From the NCBI GenBank assembly GCA_963846575.1, contig CAWJWJ010000001.1:928001-992000 (forward strand): a DNA stretch of 64,000 bases. Reading direction: 5' to 3'. Positions 39,173 to 49,238 of this stretch are shown piece after piece. Source of the DNA: an uncultured Nitrospiraceae bacterium. GTDB lineage: Bacteria; Nitrospirota; Nitrospiria; Nitrospirales; Nitrospiraceae. Position numbers and translations under genes: made by a program. Numbering within the stretch: position 1 is the first letter of the stretch; each line of letters starts with the position of its first letter. Below the pieces are notes generated by a model. It had not been told where the DNA came from and searched no databases. It saw only the letters and a program-made list of their open reading frames with translations.

Positions 39173-41029
39173 GTGAAGGATATGTCACAGCACGAACAGA
39201 ACAAGCCGCAAGAGAGTCTGAATATCGTCATCGTAGGCCATGTCGATCACGGGAAGTCCACGCTGGTGGGGCGACTGTATGCCGATACGGGTTCGTTGCC
39301 GGAAGGCAAGTTGGAAAAGGTTCAGGCCATCTGCCGCCAGCAGGGCAAGGAATTCGAGTACGCATTTCTGTTCGACGCCTTTTTGGAAGAGCAGGAGCAG
39401 GGCATTACCATCGACACGGCACGGACCTTTTTCATCTGGAATGGGCGGCAATACATCATCATCGACGCGCCGGGCCATAAGGAATTTTTGAAAAACATGA
39501 TTTCAGGCGCCGCGCGAGCCGAAGCGGCGCTGCTGTTGATCGACGCATTGGAAGGCGTGCGCGAACAGTCGAAAAAGCACGGGTACCTCCTTTCTCTACT
39601 GGGCGTGACCCAGTTCGCGGTGGTCGTCAACAAGATGGATCTGGTTGGATATCGGCAGGATGTGTTTGACGGGATTGAAAAGGAATACCGGGAATTTCTT
39701 GGCCAATTCAGGGCCGTCCCGCAACAAATGATTCCGGTCAGCGCGAAGCAAGGCGACAACATTGCGCTACGTAGCGGCAATATGGGCTGGTACCAAGGGC
39801 CCACGGTGCTGGAGACCCTGGCGCTTTTTAAGAAAGAACAGGTTCGATCGGAGCAGCCACTTCGTTTTCCGTTGCAGGATGTCTATAAGTTCGACGCGCG
39901 CCGCATTTTGACCGGCCGCATCACCGCCGGCCGCTTGAAGGTGGGAGATCAGCTGGTCTTCTCTCCCTCAAATAAGACGGGAGTAGTGCAGTCGATTGAA
40001 GGATTCAATGTCGATCCCCCGCCGAGTGAGGCGCAAGCCGGGCAGTCAGTCGGGATCACGCTGGACGAACAGATTTTCGTGGAACGAGGGGAAATCGCCT
40101 CGCATCGTGAATCCACTCCGCTAGTCTCGACGGCCATTCGAGTGAACCTGTTTTGGATGGGGCGACGGGCGCTTGAAAAAGGCCGGAAATATACTTTGCG
40201 GCTTGCGACGCGAGAAGTGGCCTGTGAGGTGGCCGCCATTCATCGCATCATCGATACCGCCGACTTGGCGCAGCTACAGGAGAGTCAGTCGGTTGCGAGA
40301 AATCAAGTGGCTGAATTGACCCTCCGCGTCAAATCGCCCCTCGCCTTCGATCTGTCGTCCTCGTTCGAATCCACAGGGCGCTTCGTGCTGGTGGATGAAT
40401 ATGACATTGCCGGCGGCGGGATCATTACCGAATTGGTGCACGACGAGCAGGAAGGGCTGCGTGAGGAAGCTCGCCAGCGCGAATATGCCTGGCTTACCGG
40501 GGACGTCCGCGCGGAGGATCGAGCGCAACAGTACGGACACCGGGCTGCCATCGTGTTGTTCACGGGATCGGCCCAGACAGGCAAAACGTTTCTGGCGAGA
40601 CGCGTTGAGGCCCTGCTGGTCGCCGATAGCCGGCATGCCTATTTATTGGAAGGCGAAAACCTCCTGCAGGGATTGGATGCGGATTTATCTGCAGCCGATC
40701 CGTCGTTCGGGGCTGAACGAGTTCGCCGGTATGGAGAGGTTGCCAGACTCTTAATCGATACCGGACTCATTGTCGTGTCGACCAGTAAAACGTTCGGCAT
40801 CAATTACCAGCGGATGGCCGAGATGATTCGGACATTGGTCCAGCCTGCGCCTGTCATCGCCGTGCACATGAGTAGAATCGGTGAAGAGGCACCGCCCAAT
40901 ACGGACCTGCATTTTGCCGGGCCTCAGGATTTCGATGGGGCGGCCCGTCAGATCATCGAGGAGCTCAAGCGGCGGGGGGTGCTCCTGCACACGAGCGGAG
41001 CCAAGTCCACGATTCAGTACTCGATCTAG
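39173..41029 (+). CDS. cysN: Sulfate adenylyltransferase subunit 1 (GTPase) with a degenerate C-terminal APS-kinase-like domain
   Basis: [41 protein letters not shown]-terminal [11 protein letters not shown]-loop. Confidence 0.92.
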   Translation: MKDMSQHEQNKPQESLNIVIVGHVDHGKSTLVGRLYADTGSLPEGKLEKVQAICRQQGKEFEYAFLFDAFLEEQEQGITIDTARTFFIWNGRQYIIIDAPGHKEFLKNMISGAARAEAALLLIDALEGVREQSKKHGYLLSLLGVTQFAVVVNKMDLVGYRQDVFDGIEKEYREFLGQFRAVPQQMIPVSAKQGDNIALRSGNMGWYQGPTVLETLALFKKEQVRSEQPLRFPLQDVYKFDARRILTGRITAGRLKVGDQLVFSPSNKTGVVQSIEGFNVDPPPSEAQAGQSVGITLDEQIFVERGEIASHRESTPLVSTAIRVNLFWMGRRALEKGRKYTLRLATREVACEVAAIHRIIDTADLAQLQESQSVARNQVAELTLRVKSPLAFDLSSSFESTGRFVLVDEYDIAGGGIITELVHDEQEGLREEARQREYAWLTGDVRAEDRAQQYGHRAAIVLFTGSAQTGKTFLARRVEALLVADSRHAYLLEGENLLQGLDADLSAADPSFGAERVRRYGEVARLLIDTGLIVVSTSKTFGINYQRMAEMIRTLVQPAPVIAVHMSRIGEEAPPNTDLHFAGPQDFDGAARQIIEELKRRGVLLHTSGAKSTIQYSI

Positions 41030-41047
41030 TCGGCGCGCGAGGCTTGT

Positions 41048-41077
41048 TTGACTCCACAGAAACCGCTGTGGTAGCGT
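41048..41077 (+). promoter_or_regulatory. Candidate sigma-70 promoter for the mrp unit
   Basis: TTGACT-N18-TAGCGT with an extended TG, about 30 nt upstream of the start. Confidence 0.4.
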
Positions 41078-41105
41078 TCTTCATCAACAATTTCGAGGGT
41101 TTTTC

Positions 41106-42032
41106 ATGACTATGGCTGCCGGCAAGGATCTCAAGTCGATCCTCACGAAACTCCAGTATTCCGACGATGCCAAAGTCGTCCAGCAGATTACTGCACAAAT
41201 GAAGCAGGTGCAGGCCCGCATGGCCGGCGTCAAGCAGAAGCTGGTGGTGATGAGCGGGAAGGGTGGCGTCGGCAAGAGTATGACGACGGTCAATCTGGCC
41301 CTCGCGCTTGCGCGCCAGGGTGCAAAGGTCGGTTTGCTCGATGTCGATCTCAACGGCCCTTGCGTCCCGAGGATGATGGGTCTGCACGGCCAGTCCTTGA
41401 CCATGACTTCCGAAGGCGCGCAGCCCCCTGTCGGCCCGCTCGGCATAAAAGTGGCGTCGATGGATTTTTTCCTCGATGACGCTTCGCCCGTGCGATGGAA
41501 AGGTCCGATGGATTTGAGCCCGGTATGGCTGGGCTTGATGGAAATGAATGTGATTCGGGAATTCTTGGCCGATGTTATCTGGGGTGAGCTGGACTATCTT
41601 CTGGCCGACCTTCCGCCTGGTGCGGCGGCCGATAAACCGCCGGTCATCGCAGGATTTATTCCGGACCTGGCTGGCGCGATCGTCGTCACGACCCCTTCGG
41701 AAGTGGCGTCTGACGTGGTGCAGAAATCGGTGACCTACGCGCGGGATATGGGCATCCGGGTGTTAGGCATCGTTGAAAACATGAGTGAGTATCGTTGCCC
41801 CGCCTGCGGAGCGGAAAATGAGCTGTTTGAAGGAAATACCGAGGCGATGTGCGAGGTGCTGGATTTGCCGCTGCTCGGGCGTATCCCGTTCGACCGGAAG
41901 TTAGCGAAGACGTTCGATAAAGGTCAGCCGCTCCTCGATCCCGACTATCCGACGATCAAAAAATACCAGGAGATCGTCGGGCGGATTCAATCGTTACTGG
42001 ATTACAAAAGAGTCCTGGCGGAGAAGCTGTAA
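41106..42032 (+). CDS. mrp: Mrp/NBP35 (ApbC) Fe-S carrier ATPase
   Basis: SGKGGVGKS, DVDLNGP, WGELDYL..DLPPG, VVTTP, GIVENMS..CPACG. Confidence 0.92.
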   Translation: MTMAAGKDLKSILTKLQYSDDAKVVQQITAQMKQVQARMAGVKQKLVVMSGKGGVGKSMTTVNLALALARQGAKVGLLDVDLNGPCVPRMMGLHGQSLTMTSEGAQPPVGPLGIKVASMDFFLDDASPVRWKGPMDLSPVWLGLMEMNVIREFLADVIWGELDYLLADLPPGAAADKPPVIAGFIPDLAGAIVVTTPSEVASDVVQKSVTYARDMGIRVLGIVENMSEYRCPACGAENELFEGNTEAMCEVLDLPLLGRIPFDRKLAKTFDKGQPLLDPDYPTIKKYQEIVGRIQSLLDYKRVLAEKL

Positions 42033-42058
42033 GAGCGCCGACCGGGAAGGGGGATCCT

Positions 42059-42820
42059 ATGAAGTTCGTTTGTTTGAACTGCGAGACCTACATGACGTTT
42101 CAGAAGGTCGAAAAGCCCGGCGAGGGGTCGCTCGGTGTCTTTTTCGGCTGTCCGTCTTGCGATGCCAAGTTCTCAATGGTGACCAATCCAGGCGAGACAC
42201 AAATGGTCGCCTCTCTTGGTGTGAAGCTCGGAGGTCGCACAGAAACGGCTGAACCGTTTGAAATGACTCGCGGGACCCTCAAGGACGAAGCGCAAGCCGG
42301 TGCGGGACAAATGGCGGCCTATCTCAATGAGAAGATTCAAAGTGGAAAGCCTGCCAGCGTTCCGGAGAAACCGAGCGCTCCCGCATCTGCATCCGGTGGG
42401 GAAAAGCCTTCCGGTGGCTGTCCGTTCTCTGCCATGGTGGCCGACATGGGCTTGACGTCCGGCGGCAAGCCGCAAAATGGAAACGGGACGAGCGAATTTA
42501 CCTGGACGGCGGATGCCAAAGAAAAGCTCGAGCGGCTGCCCTCGTTCGTGAAACCGATGGTCCAAAGCAGCGTCGAAGCCTACGCACGCAAGCAGGGGTA
42601 TAAAAGTATCACGCTGCAGGTCATGGACGATTCCAAGAACGATTCGCCCAACGGGATCGCCTGGACCAAAGATGCCGAGCAGCGCATGGACAACATTCCG
42701 GACTTCATTCGCCCGATGGCCCGCCGGGAAATCGAGCGGATTGCGAAGGAACGCGGGCTGACCGAGATCACCGCCCAGGTGATGGATGAAGCCAAAGAGA
42801 AATTCATGAAGTTCATGTAG
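42059..42820 (+). CDS. CxxC...CxxC (zinc-ribbon-like) protein with two PCP_red domains
   Basis: CLNC and CPSC at the N-terminus; GCPF motif; WTADAKEKLERLPSFVK..VEAYAR..IT and WTKDAEQRMDNIPDFIR..IERIAK..IT. Confidence 0.8.
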   Translation: MKFVCLNCETYMTFQKVEKPGEGSLGVFFGCPSCDAKFSMVTNPGETQMVASLGVKLGGRTETAEPFEMTRGTLKDEAQAGAGQMAAYLNEKIQSGKPASVPEKPSAPASASGGEKPSGGCPFSAMVADMGLTSGGKPQNGNGTSEFTWTADAKEKLERLPSFVKPMVQSSVEAYARKQGYKSITLQVMDDSKNDSPNGIAWTKDAEQRMDNIPDFIRPMARREIERIAKERGLTEITAQVMDEAKEKFMKFM

Positions 42821-42831
42821 CTGACGAATGC

Positions 42832-43668
42832 ATGCGTGAGATGAGTGCCTGGCCCATCCGGCCGTCCGGGTGGGCCGTTCCATTCCCGCCGATTTTCTTC
42901 TCTCGACGGTTTTTTTGTCTGGGACATGCGGGGCTGCGGCTCCTAGCCATTTTCTGCCTGCTCTCCGTTGTAGGGGATCCTTCCTCCGGCCTGGCACAGC
43001 ATGGGGAGCAGGGCCATGCCCCTGTTGCCGCGGAACATGCGCACCACCAGGGAAGCGGGACAACCACGTCCTGGGAGGGGTCTGTCCAGGGTATCGCCTA
43101 TTCTGAATTCAATCATCACCTGGCCGGAATTTTTCTCCTTCTGATCGGATTGAGCGAAATCCGTCAAGCGCTTGGATGGCCGGCGCTGGTGTGGACCAGG
43201 TTTCTGCTACCCGGCGCCCTGACCGTGGGAGGGATATTCCTCCTTGTTTGGAGTGATCACGATTCCTGGCCGATCGGGTCGCTGACCTTCACGCAAACAT
43301 ACTTCGGGGGCGATGCGGAGATTTTGCAGCACAAGGCCTATGGCATTCTGGCAGTCACGGTAGGGACAGTCGAACTCCTGAGACGGCTTGGCTGGTTTGC
43401 CCATGCAGCTTGGATGGTGCCCCTGCCGCTCTTTGCGATCGTAGGCGGTCTCATGCTGTTCAGCCACTCTCACGGGGATCATCCCGGTGCACACAGGATC
43501 GCATTGCACCATGCCATCATGGGAACCATGGCCATCACTGCGGGGTCTTCAAAATTGGTCTCCGGATGGCGAGGACCACAGCTCATGAGGGAGCGTTCTT
43601 ACTGGGAGCTCCTTTGGGCCAGTCTGGTACTGGTGATCGGACTGCAGTTGCTCATCTATTCCGAGTAA
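42832..43668 (+). CDS. His-rich polytopic membrane protein
   Basis: About 6 hydrophobic segments with NHH, QHK, HSHGDH and LHH at helix ends; His-rich N-terminal region. Start uncertain. Confidence 0.7.
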   Translation: MREMSAWPIRPSGWAVPFPPIFFSRRFFCLGHAGLRLLAIFCLLSVVGDPSSGLAQHGEQGHAPVAAEHAHHQGSGTTTSWEGSVQGIAYSEFNHHLAGIFLLLIGLSEIRQALGWPALVWTRFLLPGALTVGGIFLLVWSDHDSWPIGSLTFTQTYFGGDAEILQHKAYGILAVTVGTVELLRRLGWFAHAAWMVPLPLFAIVGGLMLFSHSHGDHPGAHRIALHHAIMGTMAITAGSSKLVSGWRGPQLMRERSYWELLWASLVLVIGLQLLIYSE

Positions 43669-43881
43669 ACTTCCTGCCGCGCTTCGGACCTCGCGCTTCG
43701 ACCCGGTGCCACCCCGCTTCGAGCCAGGCTAGTCCGTTATTCGCAGCAGTCGGCGAGGGGTGCCCATGTCCCTGCGTTGACAGCCTCGCCGGGTCTGTGT
43801 TAGCTGTAATTTTTTGAGATGGAAATTCGGTGCGGGCCAGGCCGGCACGAAAGCGTCCCGGTCCTGGAAAGAGGAGTCGCC

Positions 43882-44637
43882 ATGGGTGGCCATAGTCATT
43901 GGGCAACGATCAAGCGCCATAAGTCGGCTGTCGACGCGAAGCGGGGGAAGGTTTTTACCCGCATTATTCGGGAGTTGACGATTGCCGCGCGGTCCGGTGG
44001 TGATCCTGACGGGAACCCGCGGCTGCGATTGGCGATTGCCAAGGCCAAAGAAGCCAACATGCCTGGCGACAACATGAAGAAGGCGATCCAACGCGGGACT
44101 GGCGAACTCCCGGGTGTGACCTATGAAGAGTTTACGCTGGAGGGATACGGTCCAGGCGGCACGGCAGTGTTAATGGAAATTACTTCGGATAACCGCAATC
44201 GCACGGTGGCTGAAATCCGTAATTTGTTGACCAAGAACGGCGGGAACATGGCGGAGGCCGGAGCCGTAGCCTGGCAGTTTCACAAAAAAGGCATGTTGGT
44301 GGTCGAAAAAGGAAAGGTCGAAGAGGACGCACTTCTGACCATTGCGTTGGATGCCGGTGCCGAAGATGTCAAAGTGACCGACAAAGCCTTTGAGGTGCTG
44401 ACCAGCCCGCACGATTTCGAGGCGGTCAAGAAAGCCCTGAGCGACGCAAAAATTGAGTGCGCGCTTGCCGAATTAAATTTCATCCCCCAGAATACGATCG
44501 CGCTGGATGAGCGACCGGCCGAACAGATGTTGAAGCTCATGGAGATTCTCGACGAACATGATGATGTGCAGAAGGTCCACGCGAACTTCGACATTTCTGA
44601 CGAAGTCATGGAAAAGGTTGCTGCAGCCACCGCCTAA
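43882..44637 (+). CDS. yebC: YebC/PmpR-family protein
   Basis: MGGHSHWATIKRHK, NPRLR, EGYGPGG, DNRNRT, DDVQKV; GAGGAG RBS before 43882. Confidence 0.95.
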   Translation: MGGHSHWATIKRHKSAVDAKRGKVFTRIIRELTIAARSGGDPDGNPRLRLAIAKAKEANMPGDNMKKAIQRGTGELPGVTYEEFTLEGYGPGGTAVLMEITSDNRNRTVAEIRNLLTKNGGNMAEAGAVAWQFHKKGMLVVEKGKVEEDALLTIALDAGAEDVKVTDKAFEVLTSPHDFEAVKKALSDAKIECALAELNFIPQNTIALDERPAEQMLKLMEILDEHDDVQKVHANFDISDEVMEKVAAATA

Positions 44638-44718
44638 TCCGGGAGTCTCGGAACTGAGAATCATACCTCTCCCAGCGCATTCAACCCTCCGAATGTCTCC
44701 TTCCCAACTGCCGGTGTC

Positions 44719-45327
44719 ATGATCGCCTTACTGACAGGCCTTTTGGCCTTCAAGGCGCCTTCGCAAGTCACGCTGGATGTCCATGGCGTCGGCTACGAAG
44801 TGTTGATTCCGCTCAGCACCTATTATTCGCTGCCTAATCCGCACGATCCCGTGACGCTGAACATCCATACCCACGTGCGGGAAGACGCGATCCAGCTCTA
44901 TGGTTTTTTGACCATCCCGGAGAAAGAGGCCTTTCTCCTGTTGACCGGGATTTCCGGAATCGGGCCCAAATTGGGCCTGAGCGTACTTTCGACCCTGTCT
45001 GTTCGTGACCTGTTTGCTGCTATTCAAGCGAGCGATACAGAGAAACTGGGAACGGTTTCCGGTATCGGGAAGAAATCAGCTGCGAGAATCGCCCTGGAAT
45101 TGAAAGACAAGGTGACGCGCCTGCATCGTGCAGGTGACGCGGTCGAATCCGAGAGTGCAGCGGTGAATAATCCTCTTTATGAAGACGCCTTGTCGGCTCT
45201 GGTTAATCTTGGCTATCGACTTCAGGATGTGAAAGACACACTCAAAAGAATCGAGAAGGCGGGGAATGCGTCGCAAGGGTTGAAAGACGTTATTCGTGAG
45301 GCACTCAAAGATCTTGCCAAGGGGTGA
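44719..45327 (+). CDS. ruvA: Holliday junction branch migration protein RuvA
   Basis: DVHGVGYE, HVREDA..LYGF, SGIGPK, GIGKKSAARI, ALVNLGY. Confidence 0.96.
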   Translation: MIALLTGLLAFKAPSQVTLDVHGVGYEVLIPLSTYYSLPNPHDPVTLNIHTHVREDAIQLYGFLTIPEKEAFLLLTGISGIGPKLGLSVLSTLSVRDLFAAIQASDTEKLGTVSGIGKKSAARIALELKDKVTRLHRAGDAVESESAAVNNPLYEDALSALVNLGYRLQDVKDTLKRIEKAGNASQGLKDVIREALKDLAKG

Positions 45328-45330
45328 TGC

Positions 45331-45834
45331 ATGACGACAACATCTCGAGCAGGATGGACCTGTGGCCGATTCATGGGCATGGTGGGACTCTCGCTCTGTG
45401 GACTGGTGATATGGGCCGGTGCAGCCAGCCTGGCTCGCGCGACTGAGGGGGAGGAGCCCAAGTCCATTCGCAAGACCTGCGGAGCTTGTCCGGAAGGGTA
45501 TGCAACGACCGGGGTGACCAGTGCTCCTGAACTTTGCAAGAATGGGGACCCGGTTTTGGTGCAATGCGTGCCGGTCGGTGGCAATATGCTGTCGGTGTGC
45601 GGTCCCTGCCCGGAAGGCTACGGGGAGGTGGGCCATTCCAATGTTCCGTCGCGTTGCGGATCCAAGGATGGGGGGCTGGTGTCGCAGTGCCAGTTATTGC
45701 AGATGGGAGCGAACCTGCCGGATCCCAATCAAGGTGGAGTGAAGTGCCCACCGGATTGCGGAAGCACGGCAGCGGCTGGAGCCGGAGCCGGCCCGCCACC
45801 CCCAAAGTTCAGACCCTCACCCGAACCCAAATGA
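45331..45834 (+). CDS. Secreted Cys-rich repeat protein
   Basis: Signal peptide; two CGxCPEGY repeats; CPPDC; Pro-rich tail. Confidence 0.7.
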   Translation: MTTTSRAGWTCGRFMGMVGLSLCGLVIWAGAASLARATEGEEPKSIRKTCGACPEGYATTGVTSAPELCKNGDPVLVQCVPVGGNMLSVCGPCPEGYGEVGHSNVPSRCGSKDGGLVSQCQLLQMGANLPDPNQGGVKCPPDCGSTAAAGAGAGPPPPKFRPSPEPK

Positions 45835-45865
45835 CAGGGAGATGGCGTAGGTCGGGGATGTTCTC

Positions 45866-46903
45866 ATGTCAGATCGCACTGTGACCAACCAGTTGACCGA
45901 CGAGGAGCGTGGCATCGAGGCGGCGCTCCGTCCGCAGAGCCTCCGCGAATATGTCGGGCAGTCGCGTATGAAGGAGGCGTTGGAGATCTGCATCGAGGCC
46001 GCCAAGCGCCGCGGTGAAGCCTTGGATCACGCCATTTTCTACGGTCCGCCAGGGCTTGGCAAGACCACCATTGCCCACATCATCGCACGCGAGATGGGGT
46101 CGGCCATCCGGTCCACCTCAGGCCTGGTCCTGAGTCATGCCGGCGATCTCGCCGCGATCCTGACCAATATGCAAGAACGGGATGTCCTGTTCATTGATGA
46201 AATCCATCGACTGCCAGCTTCAGTCGAGGAAGCGCTCTATCCCGCGATGGAAGATTACCAGCTTGACCTCGTGGTCGGGCAGGGGGCCTCGACCAGGACC
46301 ATCAAGTTGGAATTGCCCCGGTTCACGCTCGTGGGGGCCACGACCAGAGCGGGGGCCTTGACCTCGCCCTTGCGGGATCGGTTCGGGCTTGTTCACAGGC
46401 TGGAGTTCTACTCTGCCCAGGAACTCACGGCCATTGTCACGCGCTCGGCCGGATTGCTCAATATCCCGATCGACGAGGCGGGCGCCGCAGAGATTGCGCG
46501 GCGAGCTCGAGGAACGCCGCGGATCGTGAACCGTTTGATTAAACGAATCAGGGACTATGCCGAAATCAAGGCCGAAGGGCGGATCAATCGACAGGTGGCC
46601 CAGGATGCCTTGGTCTGGCTGGCCGTGGACATCGCCGGGCTGGATGAGATGGACCGGAAGATTCTTCTCACCGTCATCGAGAAGTTTAAGGGCGGTCCGG
46701 TCGGGGTGGACTCCTTGGCTGCAGCCGTGCAGGAGGATAAGGGGACGTTAGAGGATGTGTACGAACCCTATTTGATTCAGGCCGGCTTCCTGGAGCGGAC
46801 TGGCAGAGGGCGTCAGGCGACCAGATTGGCGTTTGAGCATTTCAAAAAACCGAAAGATCTCCTGTCCCTCGCCGATGAGAGCACATCGATCACAACTCCT
46901 TGA
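45866..46903 (+). CDS. ruvB: Holliday junction branch migration helicase RuvB
   Basis: [44 protein letters not shown]. Confidence 0.97.
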   Translation: MSDRTVTNQLTDEERGIEAALRPQSLREYVGQSRMKEALEICIEAAKRRGEALDHAIFYGPPGLGKTTIAHIIAREMGSAIRSTSGLVLSHAGDLAAILTNMQERDVLFIDEIHRLPASVEEALYPAMEDYQLDLVVGQGASTRTIKLELPRFTLVGATTRAGALTSPLRDRFGLVHRLEFYSAQELTAIVTRSAGLLNIPIDEAGAAEIARRARGTPRIVNRLIKRIRDYAEIKAEGRINRQVAQDALVWLAVDIAGLDEMDRKILLTVIEKFKGGPVGVDSLAAAVQEDKGTLEDVYEPYLIQAGFLERTGRGRQATRLAFEHFKKPKDLLSLADESTSITTP

Positions 46904-47042
46904 AAGCCAACGCCTATCCTTGCAATGGGCTTGGTGGCTCCTGTAGGATACTCACTTGCCAAAGTTCCCGAAGTGAACCCGGGCTCATTTCACGAACACT
47001 CCTTTCTAGAGGCAGGCTCCGCGAGGAGGACATCCCCCCATC

Positions 47043-48119
47043 ATGTCGGAAGATTTGCGAGAACATCGGCAAGAAATAGACCGGATCGACGACCAGATTT
47101 TGCGCCTCTTAAACGAGCGTTCGAAGTCCGTGATCGAAATCGGCAAACTCAAGAAGTTGAAGGATGCCGAGGCCCCTCTCCACACGCCGGCCCGTGAGGC
47201 GGCGATTTTCGACCGGCTCAGCCAGCAAAACACGGGACCGTTTCCCACCGATGCCATTCGAGCGGTGTATCGGGAAATCATGTCTGCGTCATTATCCTTG
47301 GAGGGACCGCAGAAGGTCGCCTACCTCGGCCCGCGGGCTACATTTACCCACATGGCTTGTATGCAGAAATTCGGGTCCTCTGCGCAATACATGCCCGTGA
47401 ACAGTATCAAAGATGTGTTCAGCGAAGTGGAGCGGGGCCGGGCGCATTTTGGAGTGGTACCGATCGAGAACACCACTGAAGGCGTCGTGAACCACACTCT
47501 CGATATGTTCATCGATTCCAGCCTCTTGATCTACGGGGAGGTCTTGCAGGAGGTGGCCCACCATCTGCTGTCCAAGAACGGGGCGATCGGGGATATCACG
47601 AGAATCTATTCGCATCCCCATGCCATTGCGCAATGCCGGAACTGGCTGGAAACGAATCTGCCGCGCGTGCCGGCATCCGAGGTCGCCAGTACCGCCCGGG
47701 CCGCCGAGTTGTGTGTCGACGATCCGTCGGCTGCCGCCATCGCCTCGGAACTGGCATCGCAGTTATACGGCCTGAAGGTGATCACGGCCCGGATCGAGGA
47801 TAACATCAATAACTTCACGCGCTTTTTAGTGTTGTCGCAGAAGCCGCCGGAGCGAACCGGTCGAGATAAGACCTCGCTGATGTTGTCGATCAAGGACAAG
47901 GTAGGCGCGCTGTATGACCTGTTACGGCCCTTTGCCTCTCACGGTCTCAATATGACCAAGATCGAATCTCGTCCGTCTCGACGGAAGGCCTGGGAATATA
48001 TTTTCTTCGTGGATATTGAAGGCCACATTGACGAGGAACGGGTCAAAAAGGCGGCCGAAGAGGTAAAAAGCCGCTGTTTATTCATGAAAATACTTGGGTC
48101 CTATCCTGCCCACTCGTGA
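47043..48119 (+). CDS. pheA: Chorismate mutase/prephenate dehydratase
   Basis: N-terminal CM domain; YLGP, PIENTTEG, NFTRF, ACT domain TKIESRP. Confidence 0.96.
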   Translation: MSEDLREHRQEIDRIDDQILRLLNERSKSVIEIGKLKKLKDAEAPLHTPAREAAIFDRLSQQNTGPFPTDAIRAVYREIMSASLSLEGPQKVAYLGPRATFTHMACMQKFGSSAQYMPVNSIKDVFSEVERGRAHFGVVPIENTTEGVVNHTLDMFIDSSLLIYGEVLQEVAHHLLSKNGAIGDITRIYSHPHAIAQCRNWLETNLPRVPASEVASTARAAELCVDDPSAAAIASELASQLYGLKVITARIEDNINNFTRFLVLSQKPPERTGRDKTSLMLSIKDKVGALYDLLRPFASHGLNMTKIESRPSRRKAWEYIFFVDIEGHIDEERVKKAAEEVKSRCLFMKILGSYPAHS

Positions 48120-48134
48120 GGATGACGTAACACC

Positions 48135-49220
48135 ATGGCGTTGAAGGTCCACCCCGATATTGCCTCCCTCGTTCCCTACGTTCCCGGAAAACCCATCGAA
48201 GAACTACAGCGAGAATTGGGATTGCCGCGCGCGATCAAGCTGGCGTCCAATGAAAACCCCATCGGGCCCTCCCCCAAGGCTCTTGCCGTTCTCGCCGAGG
48301 CCGCCCCGACTCTGCACCGGTATCCCGACGGCGGGGCATTCCGTTTGCGGGGAGCGCTGGCCGACCGCTGGAAAGTGACGCCGGATCACGTGATTCTGGG
48401 TAACGGGTCGGATGAATTGATCGGGCTTCTCGCGCGAACCTTCCTGGCCCCGGGTGATGAGGCCGTGATGGCGGAGCATACGTTTGTCATTTATAAGATG
48501 GAAGTGAAGGCCGCTCACGGAGTGGCGGTTGAAGTGCCGCAGAAGAAGTGGCATCACGACCTTTCCGCGATGGCTGACGCGATCACCGGCAAGACTCGCC
48601 TCCTTTTCGTCTGCAATCCGAACAATCCGACCGGCACCATGTCCACGAAAGCCGAGATAGCCGCGCTGATGGCGCGGGTGCCTGAGCATGTCGTGGTGGT
48701 TTTCGACGAAGCCTATTATGAATATGTCCGGCATCCCGAGTTTCCTGACTCCCTCGACTACGTGAGGACCGGGCGCCCTGCCATCGTCCTGCGGACCTTT
48801 TCGAAGATTTACGGATTGGCCGGACTGCGCATCGGGTATGGGATCACGACCCCTGAAATCACCGACTATCTCAACCGAATCCGCCCGCCGTTCAATGCGA
48901 ACAGCATGGCGCAACGGGCTGCCCTTGCGGCCCTGGGCGATGAGGCGCACGTGACTGCGAGTCGAAGTCTCAATCACGCGGAGATGGACAAGGTGCGGAC
49001 GGGTTTGGCGCGTCTCGGGTTCGAGGCCTTGCCGAGTGAGACTAATTTTCTCTATTTCGATGCCGGGAGAGATGGCCGGGAAGTGTTCAACGCCCTGCTG
49101 CGAGAGGGCATCATCGTACGCCATATCGAGGGTCGGATGTTGAGAGTGACCATCGGCCTCCCCCAAGAAAATGAATTATTCCTGAGCGCGCTCGAAAAAG
49201 TAACGCGCGCGGCGCGATAA
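48135..49220 (+). CDS. hisC: Histidinol-phosphate aminotransferase
   Basis: KLASNENP, GNGSDE, NPNNPTG, DEAY, RTFSKIYGLAGLRIG. Confidence 0.95.
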   Translation: MALKVHPDIASLVPYVPGKPIEELQRELGLPRAIKLASNENPIGPSPKALAVLAEAAPTLHRYPDGGAFRLRGALADRWKVTPDHVILGNGSDELIGLLARTFLAPGDEAVMAEHTFVIYKMEVKAAHGVAVEVPQKKWHHDLSAMADAITGKTRLLFVCNPNNPTGTMSTKAEIAALMARVPEHVVVVFDEAYYEYVRHPEFPDSLDYVRTGRPAIVLRTFSKIYGLAGLRIGYGITTPEITDYLNRIRPPFNANSMAQRAALAALGDEAHVTASRSLNHAEMDKVRTGLARLGFEALPSETNFLYFDAGRDGREVFNALLREGIIVRHIEGRMLRVTIGLPQENELFLSALEKVTRAAR

Positions 49221-49238
49221 GGAAAGCGAGACGAGACC

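Noticed and set aside
48204..49166. Long antisense ORFs (also 5553-6452, 29926-30711, 42173-43063, 54982-55746)
   Set aside because: Shadow frames opposite well-supported genes, typical of GC-rich coding DNA.
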